A stretch of DNA of 64,000 nucleotides, from contig JBFXFT010000005.1 of the NCBI GenBank assembly GCA_050178795.1, positions 2,612 through 66,611 of the forward strand, given 5' to 3'. Position numbers and translations under genes: made by a program. This stretch comes from Spirochaetales bacterium (lineage in GTDB: Bacteria > Bacillota > Clostridia > Christensenellales > UBA1242). Position 1 is the first letter of the stretch. Every line of letters begins with the position of its first letter. The notes under the pieces are model-generated. The model was not told the DNA's origin. It was given only the letters and a program-made list of their open reading frames with translations, and ran no database searches. Below are positions 36,391-45,670 of this stretch, one piece after another.

Positions 36391-36419
36391 ATTATATTAA
36401 ACAGTGGCACATTTGTCAA
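36391..36419 (-). promoter_or_regulatory. Consensus promoter (TTGACA - 17 nt - TATAAT) of the lipoprotein-ABC operon
   Basis: Minus strand reads TTGACA aatgtgccactgtttaa TATAAT. Confidence 0.65.
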
Positions 36420-36474
36420 TACCTCGCCTTAGAAAAAGGGTGCAAAAAAACGACCCATATCAAGTCGTTTATTT

Positions 36475-36564
36475 TTGGCGGAGAAGATGGGATTTGAACC
36501 CATGCGCCCTGTTACAGACCTACTCCCTTAGCAGGGGAGCCCCTTAACCACTTGGGTACTTCTC
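36475..36564 (-). tRNA. tRNA-Ser (anticodon GCU), CCA encoded, long variable arm
   Basis: Reverse complement GGAGAAGTACCCAAGTGGTTAAGGGGCTCCCCTGCTAAGGGAGTAGGTCTGTAACAGGGCGCATGGGTTCAAATCCCATCTTCTCCGCCA folds as a class II cloverleaf; followed by terminator AAACGAC..GTCGTTT TTTTTT (36447-36469). Confidence 0.93.
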
Positions 36565-36826
36565 CAAAGGATGTCTATAATGATATTTTTTTGTTGCTTA
36601 AAAGTTTTTACTAACAAGCAAAAAGAGTATAACAAAATAATTTTTTAAAGTCAATCATAAAAACTTAATTATAAATTAAAAATTGTTTTAAATTTTTTTC
36701 TTGTAGCGCATACGAAAAAGCCTGTTTTCTTATACAAAAATCTACAATAAAAGTATATTTTTTAAGTTTGTTCTTGTATTATTTGTTGATATTTGCTACA
36801 ATAGTGATAATATAAACTAAAAGGGT

Positions 36827-38533
36827 ATGACTATGGGAAAAAAGAGTAAACAATCTAAAAAATACTACGTTAATCCTCCAATAAAAAAAGTAGACAAGGT
36901 TGAGATTGAAAAACTGGCACAAGAGCCAACTCCAAAAAATGTTTCAAATTCAATCATTAAAAACTATGTCCCAGAATATTTTATTCCAAAATCTATTGAC
37001 ATGCACACGCATACTATTCGTTCAATGGACGGTAATCTTCCTGTCGCTAAATTATTAAGACATGCCGTTTTTAATAATGTAACAGACCTAGCAATTACTG
37101 ACCATAATGACCTATTTGCAGTAAAAAAAGCCATGCGCTTAATAGAATCTAACTCAAAATATCAATCTGTCAATCTAATTACAGGTGTTGAAATAACCTG
37201 TTTTTCTGAGGAACTTGGCAGAAGCGTTCACGTCCTTGCATATGATTTTGATATAAACAATAAAGAACTAAATGAAAAATTAGCGTACGTAAGAGAACAA
37301 GAAAGACTTGCAAAATACTCTCTCTTTATTAAACTTGAAGTGCTTTTAGGAATTAAATTTTCGCCATATGAAATAATTAAAGCATCTTCAAAAGCAGATG
37401 ATATTAATTGGGAAACCATTGCAACAATGGCTGTTTTACATAGCGAAAACGGAGAACCAAAACCTTATGCTAGAACTCGTGAAGAGTTTTTAGATAAAGC
37501 ACCTAAAATGTTAAATTATATTTTAAAAGATCAAAAAATTAAAGATAAATTGATGATAAATTTTGACCCAATAAATTTAGAGACTCCTACTAATTTTCAC
37601 CCTTCTTTAGACGAAGTTCTAAACCTTATTAAAAATGCTGGTGGAATACCAGTTCTGGCTCACCCAAGCAACATAGAACACGCTAACAATAAACTTAGCG
37701 TTGAAGAATTTATAAAACTATTTGCAAATAAAACAAAAGATTTAGACATTCGCGCAGGTATGGAAGTATTATTCGGCGCGCAAATAGGCGAAGAGGGAAC
37801 ATATTTAAAACTTGCAAAAAAATATGGGCTTATACCATCTGGAGGAAGCGATTTTCATGGCGCATATAAGAGTTTGAACCATAGGATAGGTACTGTAGGC
37901 AATAGATACCACATTACAAATTTAACGCTTCTTAAATATATAAAGGGTGGCAGAAAAGAGGAAGACATATATTACCCTCAACGCTCATCTGAATATTACT
38001 CAAAAATATCTTCAAAAAATCATTCTATATGGCATCAAAGAAATGTAGAAATTATCGAAAAAGAAAGGCGAGAAACAGAACAAACGCTTAAAAATATTGC
38101 CGAACAATTTAGAGATGTTCCACTACAAATAGACGCGTTAGAACATCAAAACGAACTACTTTACAAACGCAAAAAATTAATAATATTAAATGAAGATCTT
38201 GGTAAAGTGGTTAGAAAATATATTCATACATTAAAGGAATGTTCTAAAGATAAAAATTACATAACCAAAAATAGTGCGGCTATAAAATTAAAGGAAATCA
38301 AAATTGAAAGCATGCTTGACAATTATAATACAAGGTTACAGGATTTAGCTAGCGACAATATGGAAAATGTAGAACTATTTAAAGAGGCAATGAAAACAAG
38401 TGAAAGACGTTATAATTCAATTTATACTAAAGTTAAACAAAGTATTGCCACATTGGCAAAAGAAGAACTATTGGCAAAAAAACAAGAAAAACCAACGCCC
38501 ATTAACCTTGAGCTTGCAACAAGCGGAAATTAA
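36827..38533 (+). CDS. PHP-domain (polymerase/histidinol-phosphatase family) metal-dependent phosphoesterase with ~190-aa C-terminal coiled-coil extension
   Basis: IDMHTHTIRSMDG, AITDHN, HVLAYDF, VLAHP, GGSDFHG = PHP motifs I-IV; the C-terminal third is heptad-rich and Lys/Glu-rich. Confidence 0.75.
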   Translation: MTMGKKSKQSKKYYVNPPIKKVDKVEIEKLAQEPTPKNVSNSIIKNYVPEYFIPKSIDMHTHTIRSMDGNLPVAKLLRHAVFNNVTDLAITDHNDLFAVKKAMRLIESNSKYQSVNLITGVEITCFSEELGRSVHVLAYDFDINNKELNEKLAYVREQERLAKYSLFIKLEVLLGIKFSPYEIIKASSKADDINWETIATMAVLHSENGEPKPYARTREEFLDKAPKMLNYILKDQKIKDKLMINFDPINLETPTNFHPSLDEVLNLIKNAGGIPVLAHPSNIEHANNKLSVEEFIKLFANKTKDLDIRAGMEVLFGAQIGEEGTYLKLAKKYGLIPSGGSDFHGAYKSLNHRIGTVGNRYHITNLTLLKYIKGGRKEEDIYYPQRSSEYYSKISSKNHSIWHQRNVEIIEKERRETEQTLKNIAEQFRDVPLQIDALEHQNELLYKRKKLIILNEDLGKVVRKYIHTLKECSKDKNYITKNSAAIKLKEIKIESMLDNYNTRLQDLASDNMENVELFKEAMKTSERRYNSIYTKVKQSIATLAKEELLAKKQEKPTPINLELATSGN

Positions 38534-38565
38534 AAGAGTAAGAAGTTATAGAATAAAAACTATAA
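38531..38565 (+). terminator. Terminator of the PHP gene
   Basis: AGAAGTTATAG aataaaaa CTATAACTTCT TTTTT. Confidence 0.8.
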
Positions 38566-38708
38566 CTTCTTTTTTATCGTCTTGCATTCAAATCCCTCAG
38601 TTTCAGCGTCAAATGGTTATTAAGCGTAAATACTGACCTACTATGCAATTACTGTTCAAATAGTAATTGTTTTTTATTGAACTGTTATTTATTCACAATT
38701 AAATTTGC

Positions 38709-38755
38709 AAAAACTGCGTAAAAATGTATAAATTTGGTGTAAAAAAGCGCTAAAA
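38709..38755. other. Five phased A-tracts (10-11 bp period): intrinsically curved DNA
   Basis: A-tract starts at 38709, 38720, 38730, 38741, 38752; followed by phased T-tracts at 38761, 38783, 38792, 38802. Confidence 0.8.
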
Positions 38756-38813
38756 CGGTGTTTTTTATGCTTAAATATGCACTTTTTAAAATTTTATTGT
38801 GTTTTTAAAAATG

Positions 38814-38844
38814 TTATCCACCAAAACAACATTTTTGTGGATAA
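38814..38844. promoter_or_regulatory. Inverted pair of DnaA boxes (TTATCCACc ... TGTGGATAA) forming an 8-bp-arm palindrome with 15-nt spacer
   Basis: 38814-38822 TTATCCACC (1 mismatch) and 38836-38844 TGTGGATAA (perfect reverse box); additional TTATTCACA at 38689-38697. Confidence 0.6.
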
Positions 38845-39250
38845 GTGGAACAAAGCATATTACTCTGACTCCCCATGGTGTTTACGGTAGATATTTTTAA
38901 TAATAAGCAGTACGGCACTCTTAAAGAGAATTAATAGATGGAAATTACTTAGAATATAATGAGATAATGGTAAAACTAATACTATTTATAACCATAGGCT
39001 TCCATAAGACAAAAACAAATAGAATAATAGGTATTTAAACAATTTTGGGTAAAATGAGGTAAAATTGGTTAAAATGAGCCCATTTTTAGTGTTTGCGCAC
39101 CATAAAAATCATTTTAAACGCTCTGAGAGACGTTTTTATTATAAACAATGAGTATTACTTCACGGTTTTTGGCCTCATTTTTGCCGCTTTAGGAACACAA
39201 AACAACCACTATTAACCGTATTTATTTTTTAACCATTTGTCTTAATAAAT

Positions 39251-39266
39251 TGTTTCACGTGAAACA
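39251..39266. promoter_or_regulatory. parS: parS site 1 (TGTTTCACGTGAAACA)
   Basis: Perfect 16-bp palindrome matching the Firmicutes parS consensus TGTTNCACGTGAAACA. Confidence 0.85.
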
Positions 39267-39366
39267 AAACAGATTTTAATGTTCTAGTATCCTGACGAAA
39301 ATTATCTCTTTAAAAAAATAATTAAGGTTGTTAATAAAAAATATCTTGGGTTAAAAATTTACCAAA

Positions 39367-39382
39367 TGTTTCACGTGAAACA
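39367..39382. promoter_or_regulatory. parS: parS site 2 (TGTTTCACGTGAAACA)
   Basis: Identical 16-mer. Confidence 0.85.
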
Positions 39383-39459
39383 TTTTTCTGGGCTTGCAAA
39401 AACAACTATCAGAAAAATTATTATTCTTAAGGCTAACGGTTTATAAAGTTTATAATTAT

Positions 39460-39475
39460 TGTTTCACGTGAAACA
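39460..39475. promoter_or_regulatory. parS: parS site 3 (TGTTTCACGTGAAACA)
   Basis: Identical 16-mer. Confidence 0.85.
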
Positions 39476-39504
39476 ATAAAAAAGAGGGTGATTAAAACCC
39501 TCTT
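39476..39504 (-). terminator. Terminator downstream of parB
   Basis: AAGAGGGT gattaaa ACCCTCTT with T-run on the minus strand. Confidence 0.65.
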
Positions 39505-39588
39505 TAAAGTTGATTTATGTTTGGCGCGATATGTTTTGTTGATAACTTTGTGCTATTTGTTAATAATTTGTTAATAAAATGTTGACAA

Positions 39589-40497
39589 TTATTTGTTTTT
39601 TAAATATTCAACAAGGTCATGTATTCTATCTAAATCATCGCTGTTGTAATAGTCAATATATATTCTTCCGCGTTTGTCAGAACCTAAAATGTTAACCTTT
39701 GTGGAAAATACCCTTTGCATATCTGTAACTAATTGCTTTAATTCGATACTTTGTTCTTCTTTTGTTGTGCTTTTATGACCTGCTCCAGTTTGTTTTTTAA
39801 CTACCTTTTCCAAATCTCTAACGGTTATTTGCCTTGCACATGCCATTTTTGCTAGTTTTAATTGTGCTTCTTTATCTGTAACTACCACCAAACTCCTTGC
39901 GTGTCCTGCCGAAAGTTTGCCTTCCTCTATTAATTTAATTACTTCTGGTTGTAATTGTAATAACCTTATCGTGTTTGCTATTGCTGGTCTACTTTTTCCA
40001 AGTCTACTTGCTACAACTTCTTGCGTCCAAGCGAACTCATCCATAAGTTCTTTAATTGCTCTTGCTGTTTCTATTGGGTTTAAATCCTCGCGTTGCAAGT
40101 TTTCTATAATAGAAACTTCTCTTATTTCTTTGTCGGTATAATCTTTAATTATTGCTGGTATTGTTGAAAGCCCTGCCATTTTAGTTGCCCTAAACCTACG
40201 TTCACCAGCAATAACCATATAGCGCCCATTTCTTTTTACAACAATGATTGGTTGAATAACTCCATGCACTTTAATTGAATCGCTTAATTCCTTCATTGCT
40301 TCTTCATTAAAGTTTTTTCTTGGTTGATTTTTATTGGCATCAACTTGAGTTATATCTATTTCCAAAACACCTTCTTTAGGTGCTATGCTTTTTGAATCTA
40401 CGTTACTAGAATCTGACTTGGCTACCTTTGTAAGTTCTTCTTCTTTTTCATAAACGCTAAATAGCGAATCTAAACCTCTACCTAAACCTGTTTTCAT
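39589..40497 (-). CDS. parB: Chromosome partitioning protein ParB (Spo0J)
   Basis: GLGRGLDSL start, ParB box IAGERRFRA, HTH region, C-terminal dimerisation domain. Confidence 0.93.
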   Translation of the reverse strand: MKTGLGRGLDSLFSVYEKEEELTKVAKSDSSNVDSKSIAPKEGVLEIDITQVDANKNQPRKNFNEEAMKELSDSIKVHGVIQPIIVVKRNGRYMVIAGERRFRATKMAGLSTIPAIIKDYTDKEIREVSIIENLQREDLNPIETARAIKELMDEFAWTQEVVASRLGKSRPAIANTIRLLQLQPEVIKLIEEGKLSAGHARSLVVVTDKEAQLKLAKMACARQITVRDLEKVVKKQTGAGHKSTTKEEQSIELKQLVTDMQRVFSTKVNILGSDKRGRIYIDYYNSDDLDRIHDLVEYLKNK

Positions 40498-40498
40498 A

Positions 40499-41293
40499 TT
40501 ATTTTCTTCCTTTTAATTTATTATATGTGTCTTCATTTCTGTCTAAAAATTCTTCTGCTAGCATTTCATAAGCTTGTGCGCCTTTACATCTTGGCTCGTA
40601 AGTCAAAATAGTTTTGCCGTAACTTGGCGCCTCTGCAAGTCTAATATTTCTTGGAATTGCTGTATCATAAACTTTTTTATTAAAGAATTTTCTTATTTCG
40701 GAAGAAACTTGGCTAACTAGGTTGCTTCTAGCATCTACCATTGTTAGAACTACGCCCTCAATGTCTAGTGTCGCGTTTAAGTGTTTCTTTACAAGGGTTA
40801 TCGTGTTAATTAATTGAGTTAAACCCTCTAAGGCAAAGAACTCGCATTGAATAGGTATTATTATGCTATTTGCAGCAGTTAGTGCATTTACCGTTAAAAG
40901 CCCTAAAGATGGGGGACAGTCTATTGTTATGTAGTCGTAACTATTTCTTAGTTTGTTCAGTATGCCCTTTATTATGCTTTCCCTTGAATCCATTTGCACG
41001 AGTTCTATTTCGGCCCCTGCAAGGTTAATTTCTGACGGTATAATGTCAAGCCCTTCAATCTCCGTGCGTTTTACGACCTCTTCTGGTGTGCTCTCGCCAC
41101 TCATTACATTATATATACTCTTTAAATTGCCAATTTTATCTACGCCTACGCCGCTTGTAGCGTTGCCTTGCGGATCCATATCTACAATAAGCACTTTTTT
41201 GCCCATTGCTGCAAGATATGCAGATAAGTTAATGCAGGTTGTCGTTTTGCCTACGCCGCCTTTTTGATTGGCAAAAGCAATTATTTTACCCAT
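40499..41293 (-). CDS. parA: Chromosome partitioning ATPase ParA (Soj); start moved to ATG 41293 behind GGGAG
   Basis: Deviant Walker A NQKGGVGKTTT, DMDPQGN, IDCPPSLG. Confidence 0.93.
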   Translation of the reverse strand: MGKIIAFANQKGGVGKTTTCINLSAYLAAMGKKVLIVDMDPQGNATSGVGVDKIGNLKSIYNVMSGESTPEEVVKRTEIEGLDIIPSEINLAGAEIELVQMDSRESIIKGILNKLRNSYDYITIDCPPSLGLLTVNALTAANSIIIPIQCEFFALEGLTQLINTITLVKKHLNATLDIEGVVLTMVDARSNLVSQVSSEIRKFFNKKVYDTAIPRNIRLAEAPSYGKTILTYEPRCKGAQAYEMLAEEFLDRNEDTYNKLKGRK

Positions 41294-41376
41294 AAATTTA
41301 CTCCCTTTGTATGTGTATTTAATCAATAATTAATTATAACATTTATTTAAAATTTTTTCATCTAAATTTAACCATT

Positions 41377-42078
41377 TTATAGAGGTTGTGTCCTCGGTTT
41401 ATTGCCACTTCTAGGGTATTTTGATGGCGCGCTATGAGTTTTTTTAATAATGACAAAATTTCTTATGATATCTGTTCCGGGCAACATTATTTTAACGGTT
41501 TTGTTTATGTTTCCACCCAAAATTTTAATGGCGTTTTTTGAAGAGTTTAACTCTTCTTCTATGTTGTCCGCTTTGTAGGCTATAAACTCTCCCCCAAGCC
41601 TTACAACGGGCAAACAATACTCGCTTAACGTGTTTAATGGGGCAACCGCCCTTGCTACAGCATAATCAAAAGATTCTCTATTGTTTTTTGCAAAGTCCTC
41701 GGCTCTAGCATGAATTACTTCTATTTTGTCTAAATTTAGTTGAATAACTAGTTCTTTTAAAAATTCTACTCTTTTGTTTAAACTATCCACTAATACTAAA
41801 TTTATATCTGGTCTTGCAATTTTTATAGGTACCCCCGGAAAACCAGCCCCTGTACCTATATCACAAATTTTTGCATTTTGATTTATTAAACTTAAACCAA
41901 GTAAACTATCTAAAAAATGTTTTATGTATATATCACTTTTTTCTGTTATTGAAGTTAAGTTGGTTTTACTGTTATACTCCACTAAAAAACTATAGTATGT
42001 TTCAAATTGATTTATCATACTATCTGTAAGTTCAATATTTATTGATTTTGCTAGTTCTTTAAAGTTTAAATTTTGCAT
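41377..42078 (-). CDS. rsmG: 16S rRNA (guanine527-N7)-methyltransferase RsmG (GidB)
   Basis: NLTSI, HFLDSL, DIGTGAGFPG SAM motif; position between parA and mnmG. Confidence 0.9.
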   Translation of the reverse strand: MQNLNFKELAKSINIELTDSMINQFETYYSFLVEYNSKTNLTSITEKSDIYIKHFLDSLLGLSLINQNAKICDIGTGAGFPGVPIKIARPDINLVLVDSLNKRVEFLKELVIQLNLDKIEVIHARAEDFAKNNRESFDYAVARAVAPLNTLSEYCLPVVRLGGEFIAYKADNIEEELNSSKNAIKILGGNINKTVKIMLPGTDIIRNFVIIKKTHSAPSKYPRSGNKPRTQPL

Positions 42079-42281
42079 GTGGCACTTCTTCTTATTTATA
42101 TATTTTTATGTTTGATTTATAAAATAGACATTTGTTTGATTTTTAAAAACTGGAATTAAATGTCAATTTTTTTGTCAAAAAACTGCATTTTTTAGTGTTT
42201 TTTGTGTTAATTTTGCTTAATTTTGCCATATTTTGAATGTTTTTAACTGAAAAACACATTTTATAAACAGTGTTAATAATA

Positions 42282-44162
42282 TTACTTAATGTGTTTATTT
42301 GCTTTTAAATATACTATTAAAACACTAATATCAGCAGGAGAAACACCACTTATTCTGCTTGCTTGTCCTATTGATGTTGGTTTTATTTTATCTAGTTTTT
42401 GTATAGCCTCAATTCTTAAACCTTTTATTTTGTTGTAATCAAGCATCTCACTTAGAAGCATTTCTTCTTGTTTTTTTGATTGCTCTATTTGTTCTAGTTG
42501 CCTTTTTATGTAGCCTTCATACTTAACTTGTATGTTTATTTGGTTTATTACAGAATTATCAAGCCCTTTAAACGCGTCTAGGTGGGTTTTTACATCAAAT
42601 GCCGTTATATTATTCCTCTTTATTATTTCTGCTATTGATATGCCCGTTTTTATGGGTTTTTCGCCTTTTTCTTCAAATAATTTTATTAAGCCTTTATTGT
42701 TTGGAGATATTATTGTGTTTAACTCTTGTTTTGCTGTGTTTAAGTGTGCCACTTTTTTTATAAATCTATTATAACGTGACTTTGTAGCAAGCCCTATATC
42801 ATAGCCTATTTGAGTTAATCTTAAATCTGCGTTATCTTGCCTTAAATGTAACCTGTATTCTGCGCGACTTGTCATCATTCTATATGGTTCATTTGTACCC
42901 TTTGTTACAAGATCATCAATTAATACGCCAATGTATGCGTCGCTTCTCTTTAAAACTAGTGGTGTTTTGCCTTTTAAACTTAATGAGGCGTTTATGCCTG
43001 CCATTAAGCCTTGTGCTGCCGCTTCTTCATAACCACTTGTGCCATTTACTTGCCCTGCAAAATAAAGACCTTTTATGTTTTTATGTTCTAGTGTTGCAAA
43101 TAGTTCTAGACTGTTTATGCAGTCATATTCTATTGCATATGCGTCGCGCATAATTTTAACGTTTTCAAGCCCTTTCATGCTATGTAATACTTCTTTTTGC
43201 AAATCAACTGGTAGGGAAGTGCTTAAACCTTGCACATAGGCTTCTTGCGTAGATAGTGCCTCGGGCTCTATAAAAATTTGGTGCCTTTCCTTGTCTGCAA
43301 ACCTCATAATTTTGGTCTCTATTGAGGGGCAGTATCTTGGACCTACGCCAACGATTTCGCCAGAGTACATCGGTGCTCTGTCCAAATTGTCTTTTATTAT
43401 TTCGTGAGTGCCTACATTTGTATATGTCAAGTAACAAACAGCCCTATTTTTAGGTTGTTTTTTTGTTAAGAAACTAAAAGTTTGTATGCCCTCGTCACCT
43501 CGTTGAATTTCCATTTGAGAAGTGTCTATACTACTCATATATACGCGGTTTGGCGTGCCAGTTTTAAAACGTCTAATTTCTATACCTAATTTTATTAAAC
43601 TATCGGTAAGTTTGTTTGCTGCCTTAAAGCCATTGGGACCAACATTTTCAGTATACTCGCCTACAATTATTCTGCTCTTTAAATATACGCCTGTTGCGAC
43701 TACCACCTTTTTGCATTCGTAGTATTCGCCTTGTGCCGTTTTTACACCGACTACTTGACCGTCTTTTTCAATAATTTCGCTCGCTTCCGCTTGCCTTAAA
43801 TATAAATTGTTTTGGTTTTCAAGCGTCTTTTTCATCTCGGTGTGATAGGCAATTTTATCTACTTGTGCTCTTAAACTATGTACCGCTGGACCAGAGCCCA
43901 AATTTAACATACGAAGTTGAATTAGTGTCTTGTCCGAGTTTACACCCATTTCGCCACCAAGGGCGTCTATTTCTGTTACTAAATGTCCCTTTGCTGTTCC
44001 GCCTATTGATGGGTTACAAGCAAGGTGAGATATGGAGTCAAGGCTCATCGTTAGAAGAACGGTTTTTATGCCCATTCTGGCACATGCTAAAGCCGCCTCG
44101 CTGCCCGCGTGACCTGAACCAATTACTACTACGTCATAATCCTTTATTATATTGTTATCCAT
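42282..44162 (-). CDS. mnmG: tRNA uridine 5-carboxymethylaminomethyl modification enzyme MnmG (GidA)
   Basis: [19 protein letters not shown] motif; full-length family resemblance. Confidence 0.97.
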   Translation of the reverse strand: MDNNIIKDYDVVVIGSGHAGSEAALACARMGIKTVLLTMSLDSISHLACNPSIGGTAKGHLVTEIDALGGEMGVNSDKTLIQLRMLNLGSGPAVHSLRAQVDKIAYHTEMKKTLENQNNLYLRQAEASEIIEKDGQVVGVKTAQGEYYECKKVVVATGVYLKSRIIVGEYTENVGPNGFKAANKLTDSLIKLGIEIRRFKTGTPNRVYMSSIDTSQMEIQRGDEGIQTFSFLTKKQPKNRAVCYLTYTNVGTHEIIKDNLDRAPMYSGEIVGVGPRYCPSIETKIMRFADKERHQIFIEPEALSTQEAYVQGLSTSLPVDLQKEVLHSMKGLENVKIMRDAYAIEYDCINSLELFATLEHKNIKGLYFAGQVNGTSGYEEAAAQGLMAGINASLSLKGKTPLVLKRSDAYIGVLIDDLVTKGTNEPYRMMTSRAEYRLHLRQDNADLRLTQIGYDIGLATKSRYNRFIKKVAHLNTAKQELNTIISPNNKGLIKLFEEKGEKPIKTGISIAEIIKRNNITAFDVKTHLDAFKGLDNSVINQINIQVKYEGYIKRQLEQIEQSKKQEEMLLSEMLDYNKIKGLRIEAIQKLDKIKPTSIGQASRISGVSPADISVLIVYLKANKHIK

Positions 44163-44186
44163 ATTTTGGAATTTCCTTTTATATCT

Positions 44187-45518
44187 TTATTTGCCTAGGC
44201 AAAATTTGCTAAAAATAGCGTCTATTATTTGCTCGTTAGAGGTTTCACCTGTAATTTCGCCTAGTGTGTCCCATGCCGCTTTAATATCAAGAGCAATTAC
44301 ATCTAGGCTCATGCCATTATTTAAACTGTTAAGTGCCTCTCTTACACTTTGCTGTGCTTTTAGTAGTGCTTCTTCGTGTCTACCATTTGTTATTAATAGC
44401 GCACTGTTTATTATGTTTTTATCTATTACTTCGCTATAAATGGTTTCTTTTAATTCATTTATGCCTTGTTTTGTTAGAGAACTAACTCCAACAACTTTTT
44501 CATTTAACCCTAAACTTATGTTTTTTAAATCTGTTTTGTTTTGCACCACTATGTGCCTTTTATTTTTTATTAGGTTTAAGTTTTCTTTGTCTTCTTTTGT
44601 AAGTGGTTCGCTTCCGTCAAAAACGGCAAGTATAATGTCGGCATAGTCTAGTGTTTTATAGGCTCTTTCTATGCCTAATTTTTCTACTTCATCATTTGAT
44701 TGCCTTATGCCTGCGGTGTCAATTAGGTTAATTTTTATGCCCTTATAGTTGTAACTTTCCTCTAAGGTGTCCCTCGTCGTTCCCGCTATACTCGTTACTA
44801 TTGCCCTATCATAATTTAAAAGAGCGTTCATAAGGCTACTTTTGCCAACATTTGGTCTACCCAAAATGCTTACATTGATTCCGTTTCTTACTAACTTACC
44901 TGTCTTTGCGGTCAAGAGTAATTCGCCAATTTGTGCACTCACTTTTGTTAAGTCGTTGTTAAATTGTTCTAGTGTTTTATATTCAATGTCGTGCTCTGGG
45001 TAATCAAGAGCTACTTCCATTTGTGCCAAAGTATCAGTTAACCCTTGTTGCATCGCTACAACTTTTTTGTATAACTCGCCATTTAAAAGGTTGTATCCAG
45101 CGCGAACTTGTGCCTCGCTCTCGGCGTTTATCATATCTATTACGCCTTCTGCTTGCTCTAATGATAATTTGCCATTTAGGAATGCTCGCTTTGTAAATTC
45201 GCCCTCTTCTGCTAGACTTGCGCCGTTATTTAAAAGTTCGTCCACTATGCCGTTTGCTATTACTATTCCGCCGTGACATTGAAACTCTACAACGTCTTCG
45301 CCAGTGTAAGAGTTAGGGTTTTTAAAGTAAACTACAAGACCTCTTTCTATAAAATTTTTTGTGCTTATTTTTACTAAGTGCATATAGCGCTCTATTAATT
45401 TGTTTTTATTTATTATTGTTAGCGCAATTGGTAAAGCGTCCGCTCCACTCAAGCGAACTATGCTTATGCCACCCACACCAATAGGTGTGCTTATTGCTAC
45501 TATTGTTTTGTCTTTCAT
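44187..45518 (-). CDS. mnmE: tRNA modification GTPase MnmE (TrmE)
   Basis: GRPNVGKSSL, DTAGIR, NKTD G-motifs; C-terminal CLGK. Confidence 0.95.
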   Translation of the reverse strand: MKDKTIVAISTPIGVGGISIVRLSGADALPIALTIINKNKLIERYMHLVKISTKNFIERGLVVYFKNPNSYTGEDVVEFQCHGGIVIANGIVDELLNNGASLAEEGEFTKRAFLNGKLSLEQAEGVIDMINAESEAQVRAGYNLLNGELYKKVVAMQQGLTDTLAQMEVALDYPEHDIEYKTLEQFNNDLTKVSAQIGELLLTAKTGKLVRNGINVSILGRPNVGKSSLMNALLNYDRAIVTSIAGTTRDTLEESYNYKGIKINLIDTAGIRQSNDEVEKLGIERAYKTLDYADIILAVFDGSEPLTKEDKENLNLIKNKRHIVVQNKTDLKNISLGLNEKVVGVSSLTKQGINELKETIYSEVIDKNIINSALLITNGRHEEALLKAQQSVREALNSLNNGMSLDVIALDIKAAWDTLGEITGETSNEQIIDAIFSKFCLGK

Positions 45519-45670
45519 TTTGTTGACCTTTTAATTTTTTCTAAGTTATTATAACACAAACGCACAATTAGTAAAGAATATTTTGTCTGTCATTTATTTT
45601 ATATATTGATTTTATAATAGAAGAATGGTATTATAATGATATCATTATTTGACTTGTAAAGAGGTATGAA

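Noticed and set aside
38689-39588. This region as the primary replication origin
   Set aside because: It has DnaA boxes and AT-rich curved DNA. However, the switch in gene orientation (minus-strand genes to the left, plus-strand recF-gyrBA to the right) occurs at about 52.9 kb, and a denser DnaA-box cluster lies next to dnaA. Kept as a DnaA-box cluster/parS region. It cannot be excluded without skew or marker-frequency data.
39040-42250. Apparent dispersed repeat family (..GCATTTTT.. / G[GT]TAAAAT.. strings at about 3296, 9953, 38700, 39046, 42180)
   Set aside because: Most of the similarity is explained by helically phased A/T-tracts and TTGACA/TATAAT promoter elements in very AT-rich intergenic DNA. 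There are no terminal inverted repeats or target duplications that would indicate a MITE. Only the 3.3 kb vs 10.0 kb pair was kept, as a low-interest finding.
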